DNA of 64,000 nt from Phormidesmis sp. (GTDB lineage: Bacteria; Cyanobacteriota; Cyanobacteriia; Leptolyngbyales; Leptolyngbyaceae): the NCBI GenBank assembly GCA_965248535.1, contig CBDFJR010000002.1:448001-512000 (forward strand), written 5' to 3'. Within the stretch, counting starts at the first letter, position 1. Each line of letters opens with the position of its first letter. Position numbers and translations under genes: made by a program. The notes under the pieces are model-generated. The model had not been told where the DNA came from. It ran no database searches and saw only the letters and a list, made by a program, of their open reading frames with translations. Of this stretch, positions 40,682 through 51,118 are shown piece after piece.

Positions 40682-42583
40682 ATGGTTCGTCAACTCGAAA
40701 CGTCTTACCCTCGCCCTCAGCTTCAGCGAGGCAACTGGCTTAATCTCAATGGTGACTGGAGGTTTGCCTATGACGATGATGGGCGCTGGCAGCATCCCAG
40801 CCAAATTATAGACTGGAGCCACACGATCGCCGTTCCGTTTGCGCCAGAGTCAAAGCGCAGCGGCATTCACGATACGGGGTTTCATGCCAACTGTTGGTAT
40901 GAGCGATCGCTTAATTTAGAGCCAAGTCAAGACGCTAATCGAGTCTTGCTGCATTTTGGAGCGGTCGATTATCGCGCTCGTGTGTGGGTCAATCATCAGT
41001 TTGTCGGCGAACATGAGGGTGGACATACGCCGTTTAGTTTTGACATCACCGCCGTTTTGAATCCTAATGGCGAACAGATTGTCACCGTTTGGGCGCAGGA
41101 TGACCCCCACGATTTGGCCAAGCCGCGAGGCAAACAAGACTGGCAGCTAGACGCGCACAGCATTTGGTATCCGCGCACGAGCGGCATCTGGCAAACAGTT
41201 TGGGTTGAGTGTGTGCCCAAAACCTACATCAGTCGCCTGCGCTGGACTCCGCACCTAGAGCGGTGGGAAATCGGGTTTGAAGGCTTTACATCGGGCGAGA
41301 TGCTCGAAGAATTGCAGCTTAAAGTGCGGCTCTCGATCGAGGGTCGGCTCTTGGTCAATGATCTCTATGAAGTGCTGAATGGTGAAGTGCATCGCCGCAT
41401 TGCCCTCTCCGATCCGGGGATTGATGACTATCGCAATGCTCTGCTGTGGAGTCCTGAAAAGCCGACGCTGATCGATGCTCAGATTCAACTCTGGCATCAG
41501 GGCAAGTTGTTAGATGAGATCAAGTCTTATACCGCCATGCGATCGGTGTCGATTCAGCGCGATCGCTTTATGCTCAACGGTCATCCTTATTATCTGCGGC
41601 TGGTTCTCGATCAGGGCTATTGGGAAGACACGCTGATGACTCCACCGTCTGATGAAGCGCTGCGGTTGGACATTGAGCTAACTAAGCAGATGGGCTTTAA
41701 CGGCGTGCGAAAACACCAAAAAATTGAAGACCCGCGTTTCTTATATTGGGCAGATGCGATGGGACTGCTCGTCTGGGAAGAAATGCCCAGTGCTTACCGA
41801 TTTACGCCGCAAGCAGTAAAGCGCATTACGCAAGAGTGGACAGAAGCGATCGAGCGCGATGTCAGTCACCCTTGCATTGTCGCGTGGGTGCCCTTTAACG
41901 AGTCGTGGGGCGTGCCGAACCTGACCGAAACGGCGGCTCATCGTCACTATGTGCAGGCCCTTTATCATCTAACCAAAACCCTCGACCCAACGCGCCCCGT
42001 GATCGGCAATGATGGCTGGGAGAGCGCCACGACCGATATTTTAGCGATTCATGATTATGATCATCAGCCTCAGCGATTAGCCAAACGCTATGGGTCAGAC
42101 GTGAAACTCTCGGATTTGTTTGATCATCAGCGTCCCGGTGGTCGAATTTTGACGCTAGATGGTTATCCCCATCAGGGGCAGCCGATTATGCTCACTGAGT
42201 TTGGTGGCATTGCCTATGCGCGCCCTGATGACACCGATGCTGATAAGGCGTGGGGCTATGTGCGATCGCTCGACACCTCTGATCTTCAGCATCGCTATTC
42301 GTCACTGCTGGGGGCGGTGAATCGAGTTGAGATTTTTAGCGGCTTTTGCTACACGCAGTTGACCGATACCTTTCAAGAGGCTAACGGGTTGCTGTATGTC
42401 GATCGCACGCCTAAATTTTCGCTGGCGGCGATCGCGGCTGCCACTCAGGGCAGGGATGAACATCTTGACGACAACGCTATACTAACAGCGCCCGGAACAT
42501 GGTCAGAAGCCGAAAATGTACTTCCAGGAACTTCTCAAGCCGGATGGACGGAAACTCACTCTATACAGTCGGTGCCCCATTAA
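40682..42583 (+). CDS. Glycoside hydrolase family 2 (beta-galactosidase/glucuronidase-like); start uncertain
   Basis: YPRPQ, LHFGAVDY, HEGGHTPF, GFNGVRKHQK, PFNESWG (acid/base Glu) and TEFGG (nucleophile). Confidence 0.93.
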   Translation: MVRQLETSYPRPQLQRGNWLNLNGDWRFAYDDDGRWQHPSQIIDWSHTIAVPFAPESKRSGIHDTGFHANCWYERSLNLEPSQDANRVLLHFGAVDYRARVWVNHQFVGEHEGGHTPFSFDITAVLNPNGEQIVTVWAQDDPHDLAKPRGKQDWQLDAHSIWYPRTSGIWQTVWVECVPKTYISRLRWTPHLERWEIGFEGFTSGEMLEELQLKVRLSIEGRLLVNDLYEVLNGEVHRRIALSDPGIDDYRNALLWSPEKPTLIDAQIQLWHQGKLLDEIKSYTAMRSVSIQRDRFMLNGHPYYLRLVLDQGYWEDTLMTPPSDEALRLDIELTKQMGFNGVRKHQKIEDPRFLYWADAMGLLVWEEMPSAYRFTPQAVKRITQEWTEAIERDVSHPCIVAWVPFNESWGVPNLTETAAHRHYVQALYHLTKTLDPTRPVIGNDGWESATTDILAIHDYDHQPQRLAKRYGSDVKLSDLFDHQRPGGRILTLDGYPHQGQPIMLTEFGGIAYARPDDTDADKAWGYVRSLDTSDLQHRYSSLLGAVNRVEIFSGFCYTQLTDTFQEANGLLYVDRTPKFSLAAIAAATQGRDEHLDDNAILTAPGTWSEAENVLPGTSQAGWTETHSIQSVPH

Positions 42584-43604
42584 GGCGGGCTTAGTAGCGC
42601 CTAGCCCTGGGAGTGAGCCGATTCAGGCAATGCCTCATCTGCGGTGGCACCCTCTCAGGGGGGAGTGGGTGGCTTATGCGAGTCATCGCCAAGGGCGCAC
42701 CTTTTTGCCGCCGCCGGAATATAATCCGCTTGCGCCGACCACCGATCCAAACTTCCCTACCGAGTTGCCGATGGGCGATTATGATGTGGCGGTGTTTGAC
42801 AATCGCTTTCCGTCAATGACTCCGGCGGTGGAGACCGCCCCGATCGAGATTGTCGAAACGCTTCCGGCTAATGGGGCTTGTGAAGTGGTGGTTTTTACTC
42901 AAGATCCGCAGGCTTCGCTCGGTTCATTAGCTCTGAGTCATTTGGAGTTGTTGCTGCAAGTTTGGGGCGATCGTACTCGCGTGCTCAGTCAACATCCTCA
43001 AATTCAGTATGTATTGCCCTTTGAGAACAAAGGTGTCGAGGTAGGCGTAACGCTCAACCATCCCCACGGACAAATTTATGCCTATCCGGTTGTGCCGCCT
43101 GTGCCTGCCAAAATGTTGGAGTGTCAGCGATCGTATTATCAAACTCACCAGCGCGGGCTTTTAGCCGATTTGATTCAGCGCGAAATTAAGGACGATCGCC
43201 GAATTCTCTATCAAGATGAATGGGCGATCGCCTTTGTTCCGGTGTGCGCTCGGTATCCTTACGAGGTTTGGGTTGCGCCGATTCAGCCTGTTGCAGCGTT
43301 TTCAGATCTGACTTCTGAGCAGCGATCGAGCTTGTCCAAAGCGCTCAAAACCGTGACCCTAAAATTTGATGGGCTATGGAGTCGTCCGTTTCCTTATTTA
43401 ATGGCGTGGTTTCAGGCACCGACTGATGGCGAACTCCATCCAGAATGTCATCTTCACGCCGAGTTTTATCCGCCCTATCGCACTCGCGATCGTTTGAAAT
43501 ATCTGGCGGGCACCGAGCTTGCAGCCGGGCTATTTGCCAACGATGCCCTCCCAGAAGACAAAGCCAAAGAACTGCAAGCGGTGTCAATAACGCTAGAAGT
43601 CTGA
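42516..43604 (+). CDS. galT: Galactose-1-phosphate uridylyltransferase
   Basis: [17 protein letters not shown] and FENKG...NHPHGQIY (HPHGQ active site). Confidence 0.95.
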   Translation: MYFQELLKPDGRKLTLYSRCPIKAGLVAPSPGSEPIQAMPHLRWHPLRGEWVAYASHRQGRTFLPPPEYNPLAPTTDPNFPTELPMGDYDVAVFDNRFPSMTPAVETAPIEIVETLPANGACEVVVFTQDPQASLGSLALSHLELLLQVWGDRTRVLSQHPQIQYVLPFENKGVEVGVTLNHPHGQIYAYPVVPPVPAKMLECQRSYYQTHQRGLLADLIQREIKDDRRILYQDEWAIAFVPVCARYPYEVWVAPIQPVAAFSDLTSEQRSSLSKALKTVTLKFDGLWSRPFPYLMAWFQAPTDGELHPECHLHAEFYPPYRTRDRLKYLAGTELAAGLFANDALPEDKAKELQAVSITLEV

Positions 43605-43732
43605 TTAAGCTTGGGGTTTGTGCTTAATCTCGTCGGCGATCGCGGATCAACCGGAAAGATATCGATGATGGGCAGAAATTGTGACCCATTTCTCAATCCC
43701 TTCGTTCACCAAAACCTCCTACAGTCAGACTT

Positions 43733-45391
43733 CTAGGGGCACAACGTCTCCCCTGCTTGCTTCATAAACACTTGCCGATAGGTGGGGCATTTCGCTAGCA
43801 CCATTTTGCGTTGTTCGTTGCTGCCATCGAGGGTGTTGATAAAACCGAGCATGGCATTTGGTTTAGTGACGGGTGATGGGTCATTGAGGGCGGTCAACAG
43901 TTGTCTGACTCCATCGGTGCCCAGCAGCAATAGTTTGCTCATGGTGACAGTGTTGTAGGCCGGGGCAACTTTCTGGTAGTCAAACTTTTCGTTGGGATCG
44001 GAACCGTTTAGCCGCAGATATTGGGTATTAAACGTGGTCAGATTCACAGATTGCCCAGACCCCTTTGTCATCACGTCATCAAAATAGAGCGCAGGGTTAG
44101 AGAAGTAGTTCTTTAACTGCTCCTTGGTCATGCCCGTGGCTCTGACAATCACCGCATCATAGATATTGTTTTTGAGTTGCTCGATCGGGGCCTTTAAAAA
44201 CGCTGGAATGATCTGGTCGATCACTTTTCCGGCGATCGCTCTCAAGTCTCCCGTCACATCAGGAAAACCGGACATCGAAATCAAATGTTCGTTCACATAA
44301 TTATTGAGCAGCGTTTGGGCTTTATCCACATCGGCTTTTTTCTCAGGGTTGAAGAACAGAGCTTTAGCAACCTCATGACTAGTGGCGGGCCAAGCCCTTA
44401 GCCCCGAATCAATGTCGGCCCGCCAATACTCTTTATAAGTCGTTGGCAGAGCATTGGCCGCCATATAAGCGCCCTTCTCAACCAAAACGGCGGCCGCCTG
44501 AATCTCTAATTTTCTGGCACTGCAAGAAAAGTCGTTCCAGCGACAGTTGCTGGCAGCCCTTAAGAGATCATCGCGGCGACGATCGTAGCCAGCTTTTGCC
44601 GCGTAGTAACCATCAATATCGCGCTGAAGGTTGGCTCTCAGCGTAGAGTAGACTCGCGGAACTGAATAAGTGGTGCCTTCGCCTCCTTGCCGCAGCAGGG
44701 CTTGATCGAGATAAGTTCCCGGTCGCGCATCGACCAGATTGCGATAGATAAAATCATCCACCCCCTGAATGCTCACCTCAAAGGTCGGATTGGGTGCCCG
44801 TTTATCAACATATCCCTCTGCCAAAATGTGCTTGATAGCGTTGTCGGGCGGTGTCAGAGTAAACGGTGCGCCTGTGAAGTTATTGATAAACGTGTGACCA
44901 TACATATCGCCAGCCGCATGGGTGAGATAGCCCACTACAAACGCTTTGATGGCAGGTGACTGATTGCTGTTTGCCCACAAATATTCTAGCCAACGGTTAG
45001 AGCCATCTGGGTTAGTGGGCGGGTGAATCACCTGTTGCCCCGTGAGAATATCGGGATAGGCATCAGGGCCCAAAATTCCGGCGCGGTATTGGGATGGAAA
45101 ATCACGAATTGCCGTCAAAATTGTGGGATCAACAGGGAACTCGCCGATCGTTCCCACGATTTCTCCGGTGGCAGGGTTGAGGCGATTAATGGTCACTTTG
45201 CCGTCGAGAGCATCGTTTCGGGCCTGTTCTCCTAAATAGACGTGGGTCGTGGGCTTCCAAGCCAGAGCCGGAGCCGGATTGAGGCACAGTCCTAACACGA
45301 GGACAGTGGCGACGATCGCACCTTGAAGCAGAGACTTCAGGCGATGCGATCGGGCAAACCATTCAAATAGAGCAACTTTCTTCTGCATCAT
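43733..45391 (-). CDS. Secreted Zn-dependent phospholipase C / P1-nuclease-fold protein
   Basis: Signal peptide ALA|WKPTTH (N-terminal Trp, His); GPDAYPD; GYLTHAAGDMYGH; HILAE. Confidence 0.8.
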   Translation of the reverse strand: MMQKKVALFEWFARSHRLKSLLQGAIVATVLVLGLCLNPAPALAWKPTTHVYLGEQARNDALDGKVTINRLNPATGEIVGTIGEFPVDPTILTAIRDFPSQYRAGILGPDAYPDILTGQQVIHPPTNPDGSNRWLEYLWANSNQSPAIKAFVVGYLTHAAGDMYGHTFINNFTGAPFTLTPPDNAIKHILAEGYVDKRAPNPTFEVSIQGVDDFIYRNLVDARPGTYLDQALLRQGGEGTTYSVPRVYSTLRANLQRDIDGYYAAKAGYDRRRDDLLRAASNCRWNDFSCSARKLEIQAAAVLVEKGAYMAANALPTTYKEYWRADIDSGLRAWPATSHEVAKALFFNPEKKADVDKAQTLLNNYVNEHLISMSGFPDVTGDLRAIAGKVIDQIIPAFLKAPIEQLKNNIYDAVIVRATGMTKEQLKNYFSNPALYFDDVMTKGSGQSVNLTTFNTQYLRLNGSDPNEKFDYQKVAPAYNTVTMSKLLLLGTDGVRQLLTALNDPSPVTKPNAMLGFINTLDGSNEQRKMVLAKCPTYRQVFMKQAGETLCP

Positions 45392-45735
45392 TTTTCATTC
45401 TCGAAATTATGAAAATTAGACACGAAAACCAGCGCCTCAGCAAAAAATGCGGGTCGTTGAGGGTGAAGGGAGGCGCGATGCTTTAGAAGCAAGCAATTTA
45501 CTGCGACGACAGCAACCTTGCTTTTCTATGGCTAGTTTTCTGAGCGGGTCTTGACTAAAGCAAGGACGATCACAGGAGCGTTGTCAACTGCTGTCCCTAG
45601 ATTTAGCTATGAACCCAGCAGCAACCGTGAGATGTTCACTTGTTCACAACTCTACGTCACAATTTAGGGGCCCCAAATTTTTTGTTATGAAAATTATGGA
45701 TGTGAGACGATGTTTGAAAAGTCTCTGTTCATTGC

Positions 45736-45770
45736 AAAACCCGCCCGGATCTCAATCACGGGCGGGGCAA
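45736..45770 (-). terminator. Probable intrinsic terminator after the DUF4079 gene
   Basis: CCCGCCCG...CGGGCGGG inverted repeat flanked by A runs. Confidence 0.55.
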
Positions 45771-45810
45771 AACCGAAGTGAATAACCTTTCTGTAGGTTT
45801 CAAGCAGCCT

Positions 45811-46539
45811 CTAGGGGGTGCGTGGAGCAGGTTGAACACTGCAAGGCTTCGTATCACACTGTTGTTCATACAGCTTTTGCACATACGGTTCTTGCCAACT
45901 GAGGGGCACTTCTAAGAGCGCACGGGTTCCCGTGATGGCTTGCCCAATAAACAGCAGCGTTACGATACTGCTAACGCAAATATGAACCATCCGCCAACGC
46001 TGACTGCGATCGCGGTAGACGCTCTGCACGATCGACAGCGAGAAAATCATCAACAATGACGCGGTAATGCCGTAATAGTAGTGGGAGGTATACCACTGAT
46101 CAGTTTTACGATAGACCCCTTCTTGACACCCCAACACGACCAATCCCACACCTGTGAGGATCGCAAACGTTGCTCTCCACCGCACTTGAGTTGCTCTAAA
46201 CAATAACCCTAGGGATGCGATCGTGGCCAAAAATAACAAACCAATCAACCCCACCTGAGCCGGATTTTTGCTCCACAGTTGGCTGGTGATGGCGGTGCCA
46301 AAAATATCATTGGCTAGTGCGATTAGCGTAATGCCAACCACCCCGATCGTCAGCCAATGTCCGATCTGGACGTGTTCTTGTCCTACCACGGGCGGCACTT
46401 TGCTTTTGTCGCCAGCCGCTAGCTGCAATCGGCGTTGACGCACTTGCAGAGCGCGATTCACAATCATTCCCATCAGTGGAAAGACTACGGCGATCGCGAT
46501 GACTGGATGTAACAGCAAAACGGTATCTTTAAAGTCCAT
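45811..46539 (-). CDS. DUF4079-like membrane protein
   Basis: LLHP...EHVQIGHW...SHYYYG...WRMVH...QAITG; His-containing TM protein. Confidence 0.8.
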   Translation of the reverse strand: MDFKDTVLLLHPVIAIAVVFPLMGMIVNRALQVRQRRLQLAAGDKSKVPPVVGQEHVQIGHWLTIGVVGITLIALANDIFGTAITSQLWSKNPAQVGLIGLLFLATIASLGLLFRATQVRWRATFAILTGVGLVVLGCQEGVYRKTDQWYTSHYYYGITASLLMIFSLSIVQSVYRDRSQRWRMVHICVSSIVTLLFIGQAITGTRALLEVPLSWQEPYVQKLYEQQCDTKPCSVQPAPRTP

Positions 46540-46605
46540 AAACCTCCTTCCCTGACGCTGAGTGTTCTGCTAAAAACTCGACCCATTGCACTCATAGAGC
46601 CTATC

Positions 46606-46642
46606 AAAATGCAGCCAAGGACCTAGATCAAGGCTGCATTTT
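46606..46642 (-). terminator. Intrinsic terminator
   Basis: AAAATGCAGCC...GGCTGCATTTT perfect inverted repeat. Confidence 0.75.
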
Positions 46643-46658
46643 GGCTTCTGAAGGGCAA

Positions 46659-47048
46659 TTACTTGACTTCGCTGGCGAGAAATTTTGTGACTTTGCCGGG
46701 CTTAATGGCAACCACTACATCATAGGTAGCACAGTAAGCAAAGGTAACATTGTTGGCTTTGTTATAGAGATTGACCACCATGCCTGCCCCACCTGGCTGC
46801 ACACCGAGCGGCTCTAAATCACCAAAGAAATAGCGTCGTAGTTCATCTCCACCGCCAAACTGCCCTTTGTGCTGGGTGACTTTGGCGATTTTTTGCGGCA
46901 CCGTCAAACCCGTGCTATCTTTCATCTCTTGAGCCGAGGCTTGCACAAGCTGAGGGTTGACGGCTTTGAGCGGGGCATCCCACACGGCGACCATCCCGAT
47001 TAAAGCAACGGTGGTAGCGGCGGTAGTGAACAAAGAGGTAAGTTTCAT
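46659..47048 (-). CDS. Exported hypothetical protein
   Basis: Signal-like N-terminus (MKLTSLF...LKA); AGGA RBS. Confidence 0.7.
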   Translation of the reverse strand: MKLTSLFTTAATTVALIGMVAVWDAPLKAVNPQLVQASAQEMKDSTGLTVPQKIAKVTQHKGQFGGGDELRRYFFGDLEPLGVQPGGAGMVVNLYNKANNVTFAYCATYDVVVAIKPGKVTKFLASEVK

Positions 47049-47289
47049 TGGGGTGAGTCCTAAGTTGTTGGGATGACTCAAGCATCTCAGCGATCGCTGA
47101 GGAGAATCTAAACCGAAGCTAGAAGTTCTCTGAATTTATTCGGTTAAACTATTCAGTTCAAACTCAGCCGTTTCTCAGATAAGTGTGCGATCGCGCTTTC
47201 AGTCGATTTCTCAGTGGAATTTAAGCTTGTGCTGCTTAAATCAAAAGCAGTCAGTTTCGGATACTCTTCACATTGGCGTTGTTTGACCT

Positions 47290-49578
47290 ATGATTCCACA
47301 GCAGTTCAAGCAGATTTTCTCGGCTTCGCGCTGGAAACGGCTGGCCTCTCCTCAAATCGCCACATTGCTGATGTTTAGCACGGTGGTGGTGTCGGGTGCG
47401 ATCGTGGCCGCGTGGTTTGCCGGGCAAGGAACTATCAGCACCCTTTTTCAGCAGCTTAACACGCTGCAAGAAAGCCCGCCGATGTGGATCGAAGCGCCGA
47501 TGATGATCGGAAATTATCTGCTGTTTTGGGCGGTTTTGCTGCTGCTGGGAGTGGTGCTGATCACAAAAGTCTCGCCCCGTCCTCAGCTTTGGTCGCGAAC
47601 GTTAGTGGTGGGAATCTTGCTTGTGTTGACGATTCGATATTTAGTTTGGCGATCGCTGACCACGTTGAATCTCAGCACTCCATTAAATGGTGTGTTCAGC
47701 TTAGGGTTATTTTTATTAGAGTTGCTGGTGCTGTCGGGCAGCATTATTCAACTAATTCTATTGCTGCGGGTGCGCGATCGTCAGTCTGAAGCCGATCATC
47801 ATTCTATTGATGTTCTCGACGGCAGGTTTACGCCCACGGTTGATATTATGATTCCGACTTATAATGAGCCGACTTTTATCTTAAAGCGCACGGTGATTGG
47901 CTGTCAGGCGTTAGATTATCCGCACAAGCGCGTCTATTTGCTGGATGACACGCGGCGATCGCAGGTGCAGGCATTGGCTAAAGAATTGGGATGTGAATAT
48001 GTGACTCGACCTGACAATCGCCACGCCAAAGCCGGGAATCTCAATCATGCGATCGCTCGCACTGACGGAGAATTGATTGTGGTGTTTGACGCTGACTTTG
48101 TGCCGACTAAAAATTTTCTCACGCGCACGATCGGCTTTTTTCAAGAGCCGCAGGTGGGGCTGGTGCAAACACCCCAGACGTTTTATAACCCTGACCCGAT
48201 CGCTTATAACTTGGGGCTAGAAGACATTCTCACCCCTGAAGAAGAGGTGTTTTATCGTCAGATTCAGCCGTTTCGCGATGCGGCAGGCGGGGTGATCTGT
48301 TCGGGAACGTCGTTTGTGGTGCGTCGCTCGGCCCTGTCTGCGATCGGCGATTTCTTTACCGAGTCTCTCAGCGAAGACTACTTTACCGGAATTCGGCTGG
48401 CGGCTAGTGGCTATCGATTGGTCTATCTGAACGAGAAATTAAGTGCCGGGTTAGCGGCTGAAAGCATTGGAGCGCAGGCTCTACAGCGAATTCGCTGGGC
48501 CCAGGGAACTTTGCAAGCATTCTTTATTCAAGCCAATCCTTTAACCATTCGCGGGTTGAGTTTAATTCAACGACTGGCCCATTTAGAAGGATTACTCCAC
48601 TGGTTCACAAGCATTTCGCGGCTTGGATTCCTGTTGATTCCTTTAGCTTATGCTTTTTTAGGTGTGATTCCGGTTCGGGCCACCACTGCTGAAGCGTTAT
48701 ATTATTTTTTACCCTACTATTTAGTTCAGATTACAACGTCTGCCTGGCTTAATCACCGATCGCGGTCTGCGATTTTGGGAGATATTTATTCTCTGGTGTT
48801 GTGCGTTCCTTTATCGATAACGGTGATTCAGACATTAATCAATCCATTCTCAAAAGGATTCAATGTCACACCCAAAGGTGCAACCAGCGATCGCTTCACG
48901 TTTAATTGGAAGTTATCGCTGCCGCTGATTATCTTGTTTTGTGCCAGCGCACTCAGTTTATGGATGAATTTAGGGTTCTACACTATGAGCGGCATGGCAA
49001 GCCCTAACGTTTCCGTTGACATTCTAGAACGGTTTAAAGGACTGAGCTTGGGTTTGTTTTGGAGCGTTTATAACTTGCTGATGTTGAGCATTTCTCTGCT
49101 GATTTTGATTGATGCACCGCGTCCATCGCAGACTGAATGGTTTCAATTGCGGCGCACTGTGCGCCTTCAGATCAATCAGCAGGAGTTTTGGGGAGTGACA
49201 ACGGTGATCTCAGAAGCGGGTGCAGAAATCGTTCTGACGCAAAACAATCTCCCCGATCGTCCCGATTTGCTGCCCGTTGAGGTCGAATTCATGGAGGAAA
49301 ACTTACCGATTCAAGCGCACATTGTGGTCAGCCAACCTCACGATCCAAAAGACGAACCCCATGAGGTTCCTACGGTGCAGGTGGTGTTTGATGCTCTCGA
49401 TCTCGACCAACAGCGCCGCTTAACTGAGCTTCTATTTTGTCGTCCGGGGCAGTGGAGAAGTCGGTGCGCGCCAGGCGAGTTGCGATCGCTGTGGCTATTG
49501 TTTAGAATCTTGCTGAAACCACGGGTGATTTTTGATCGACAGACTCGAATTCACGCGATCGCGGTCGCTCAAAGTTGA
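47290..49578 (+). CDS. Cellulose synthase-like GT2 (BcsA-like) with degenerate PilZ-like C-terminus
   Basis: PTYNEP, LLDD, HAKAGN, FDADF, QTPQ, SED and QRIRW (D,D,D,QxxRW) motifs; FNVTPKG. Confidence 0.92.
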   Translation: MIPQQFKQIFSASRWKRLASPQIATLLMFSTVVVSGAIVAAWFAGQGTISTLFQQLNTLQESPPMWIEAPMMIGNYLLFWAVLLLLGVVLITKVSPRPQLWSRTLVVGILLVLTIRYLVWRSLTTLNLSTPLNGVFSLGLFLLELLVLSGSIIQLILLLRVRDRQSEADHHSIDVLDGRFTPTVDIMIPTYNEPTFILKRTVIGCQALDYPHKRVYLLDDTRRSQVQALAKELGCEYVTRPDNRHAKAGNLNHAIARTDGELIVVFDADFVPTKNFLTRTIGFFQEPQVGLVQTPQTFYNPDPIAYNLGLEDILTPEEEVFYRQIQPFRDAAGGVICSGTSFVVRRSALSAIGDFFTESLSEDYFTGIRLAASGYRLVYLNEKLSAGLAAESIGAQALQRIRWAQGTLQAFFIQANPLTIRGLSLIQRLAHLEGLLHWFTSISRLGFLLIPLAYAFLGVIPVRATTAEALYYFLPYYLVQITTSAWLNHRSRSAILGDIYSLVLCVPLSITVIQTLINPFSKGFNVTPKGATSDRFTFNWKLSLPLIILFCASALSLWMNLGFYTMSGMASPNVSVDILERFKGLSLGLFWSVYNLLMLSISLLILIDAPRPSQTEWFQLRRTVRLQINQQEFWGVTTVISEAGAEIVLTQNNLPDRPDLLPVEVEFMEENLPIQAHIVVSQPHDPKDEPHEVPTVQVVFDALDLDQQRRLTELLFCRPGQWRSRCAPGELRSLWLLFRILLKPRVIFDRQTRIHAIAVAQS

Positions 49579-49653
49579 GCCATGATTTTCAACTAGACTA
49601 GTTAAAAATAATCCAAGCTATCAGTCAACCCTTCCAGCAATCGGAACTCGATC

Positions 49654-50328
49654 ATGAGCGCTCACATATTGTTAGTCGAAGATGAAGTAAGACTCGCTCG
49701 ATTTGTTGAACTAGAACTGATCAGTGAAGGCTATACCGTGAGTGTGGCCCACGACGGCATGGCAGGGTTAACGCTTGCCCGCGAAGCCACCCTCGACCTA
49801 GCGATTTTAGATTGGATGCTGCCAGGGCTATCGGGTTTAGAACTGTGTCGGCGACTGCGCTCAACGGGCAGCAAAGTTCCGGTGATTTTGTTGACAGCGC
49901 GAGATGAAGTCAGCGATCGGGTCGCCGGGCTTGATGCTGGAGCCGATGACTATGTGGTCAAACCGTTTAGCATTGAGGAACTGTTGGCCAGAGTCAGGGC
50001 CCATCTGCGTCGCGTTCAAGACGGCAATGAAGACGTGCTACAGTTCAACACGCTGCGGCTCGATCGCAAAACTCGTGAGGTTCATCGTGGGGCCCGATCA
50101 ATTGACCTAACAGCTAAAGAGTTCGATTTGTTGGAGTATTTGTTGACGCATCCGCGGCAAGTGTTCACTCGTGATCAGATTCTCGAAAACGTTTGGGGAT
50201 ATGACTTTATGGGCGATTCTAATATCATTGAAGTCTACATTCGCTATCTGCGATTGAAGTTAGAAGAAAATCAAGAATCTCGATTACTCCATACGGTGCG
50301 CGGAGTTGGTTACACCCTACGCGACTAA
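49654..50328 (+). CDS. OmpR-family DNA-binding response regulator
   Basis: LDWMLPG, DDYVVKPF, wHTH VYIRYLRLKLE...TVRGVGY. Confidence 0.95.
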   Translation: MSAHILLVEDEVRLARFVELELISEGYTVSVAHDGMAGLTLAREATLDLAILDWMLPGLSGLELCRRLRSTGSKVPVILLTARDEVSDRVAGLDAGADDYVVKPFSIEELLARVRAHLRRVQDGNEDVLQFNTLRLDRKTREVHRGARSIDLTAKEFDLLEYLLTHPRQVFTRDQILENVWGYDFMGDSNIIEVYIRYLRLKLEENQESRLLHTVRGVGYTLRD

Positions 50329-50447
50329 TAGAAACCGAGGTTCTTGCGAAAGGGTCGAGTGCGAATATTTATGGCAGAATCCGGTTCCTGTTGATCATGA
50401 GAGCGATCGCTGTTTTCAAAGCCCTATTGATTCACGCTTTTGTAATA

Positions 50448-50852
50448 TTATGGACTGTGCTTTGGGGAAAATTTGATCGGTTCTCTTGTCTTGGGATCAC
50501 TGTTGAGATGATAGTCAATTATTCTAAGTAGATCATTCATTGAAAAAGGTTTAGTCAAATAGGTTCGTGCTCCTAGATCTAACGCTAATTGTATGCTCCA
50601 TTCATCTTGAGACACAATCACTATCAGTGGTATTTGATTACCAACTCTCTTTAACTGGCGGCAAACGTCACACCCTGATGACTGTCGCAGTTCCCAATTA
50701 AGAACAATCAGATCAGGGTTTAACTTTTGAAGACTTGACAACTCGGATAGGTCACAGTCAACGCTGACCTGATAGCCTTCTGCCTGAAGCTCTAGGGCAA
50801 TAAAGCGAGGCAGGCTGATTTGATCGTCGATGACTAAAATGTGAGGAATCAT
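50448..50852 (-). CDS. Stand-alone atypical receiver domain (phospho-acceptor Asp replaced by Asn)
   Basis: ILVIDD...PDLIVLNWEL...YLTKPF. Confidence 0.82.
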   Translation of the reverse strand: MIPHILVIDDQISLPRFIALELQAEGYQVSVDCDLSELSSLQKLNPDLIVLNWELRQSSGCDVCRQLKRVGNQIPLIVIVSQDEWSIQLALDLGARTYLTKPFSMNDLLRIIDYHLNSDPKTREPIKFSPKHSP

Positions 50853-51118
50853 AACGCTAGAAGACAGTACACAGTCCACTATGTAGGGGATATCTTTGAA
50901 GAAGATGAGAAATAGATTAAAGCTTCTTAAACCAACAATGGTTAACTCCGTTGGTCGAGAATTCTCAGTTTTTTCAGACGATATTCAAGCCTTTCTCATC
51001 TGATATTTAGAAAGGAAAGGAATACTAGACGAATGCCCACCTTGCTGACGGATTAGAAAGCATTTTCTAATCGCTAACTGTCAATTAGTCGGGCACGATC
51101 GCTACTTTTCCTAAAGAT

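Noticed and set aside
51018..51026. AGGAATACT resembling a SigJ-type (GGGAATACT) promoter box upstream of the Crp/Fnr gene
   Set aside because: Single short mismatched hit in AT-rich DNA; not distinguishable from chance
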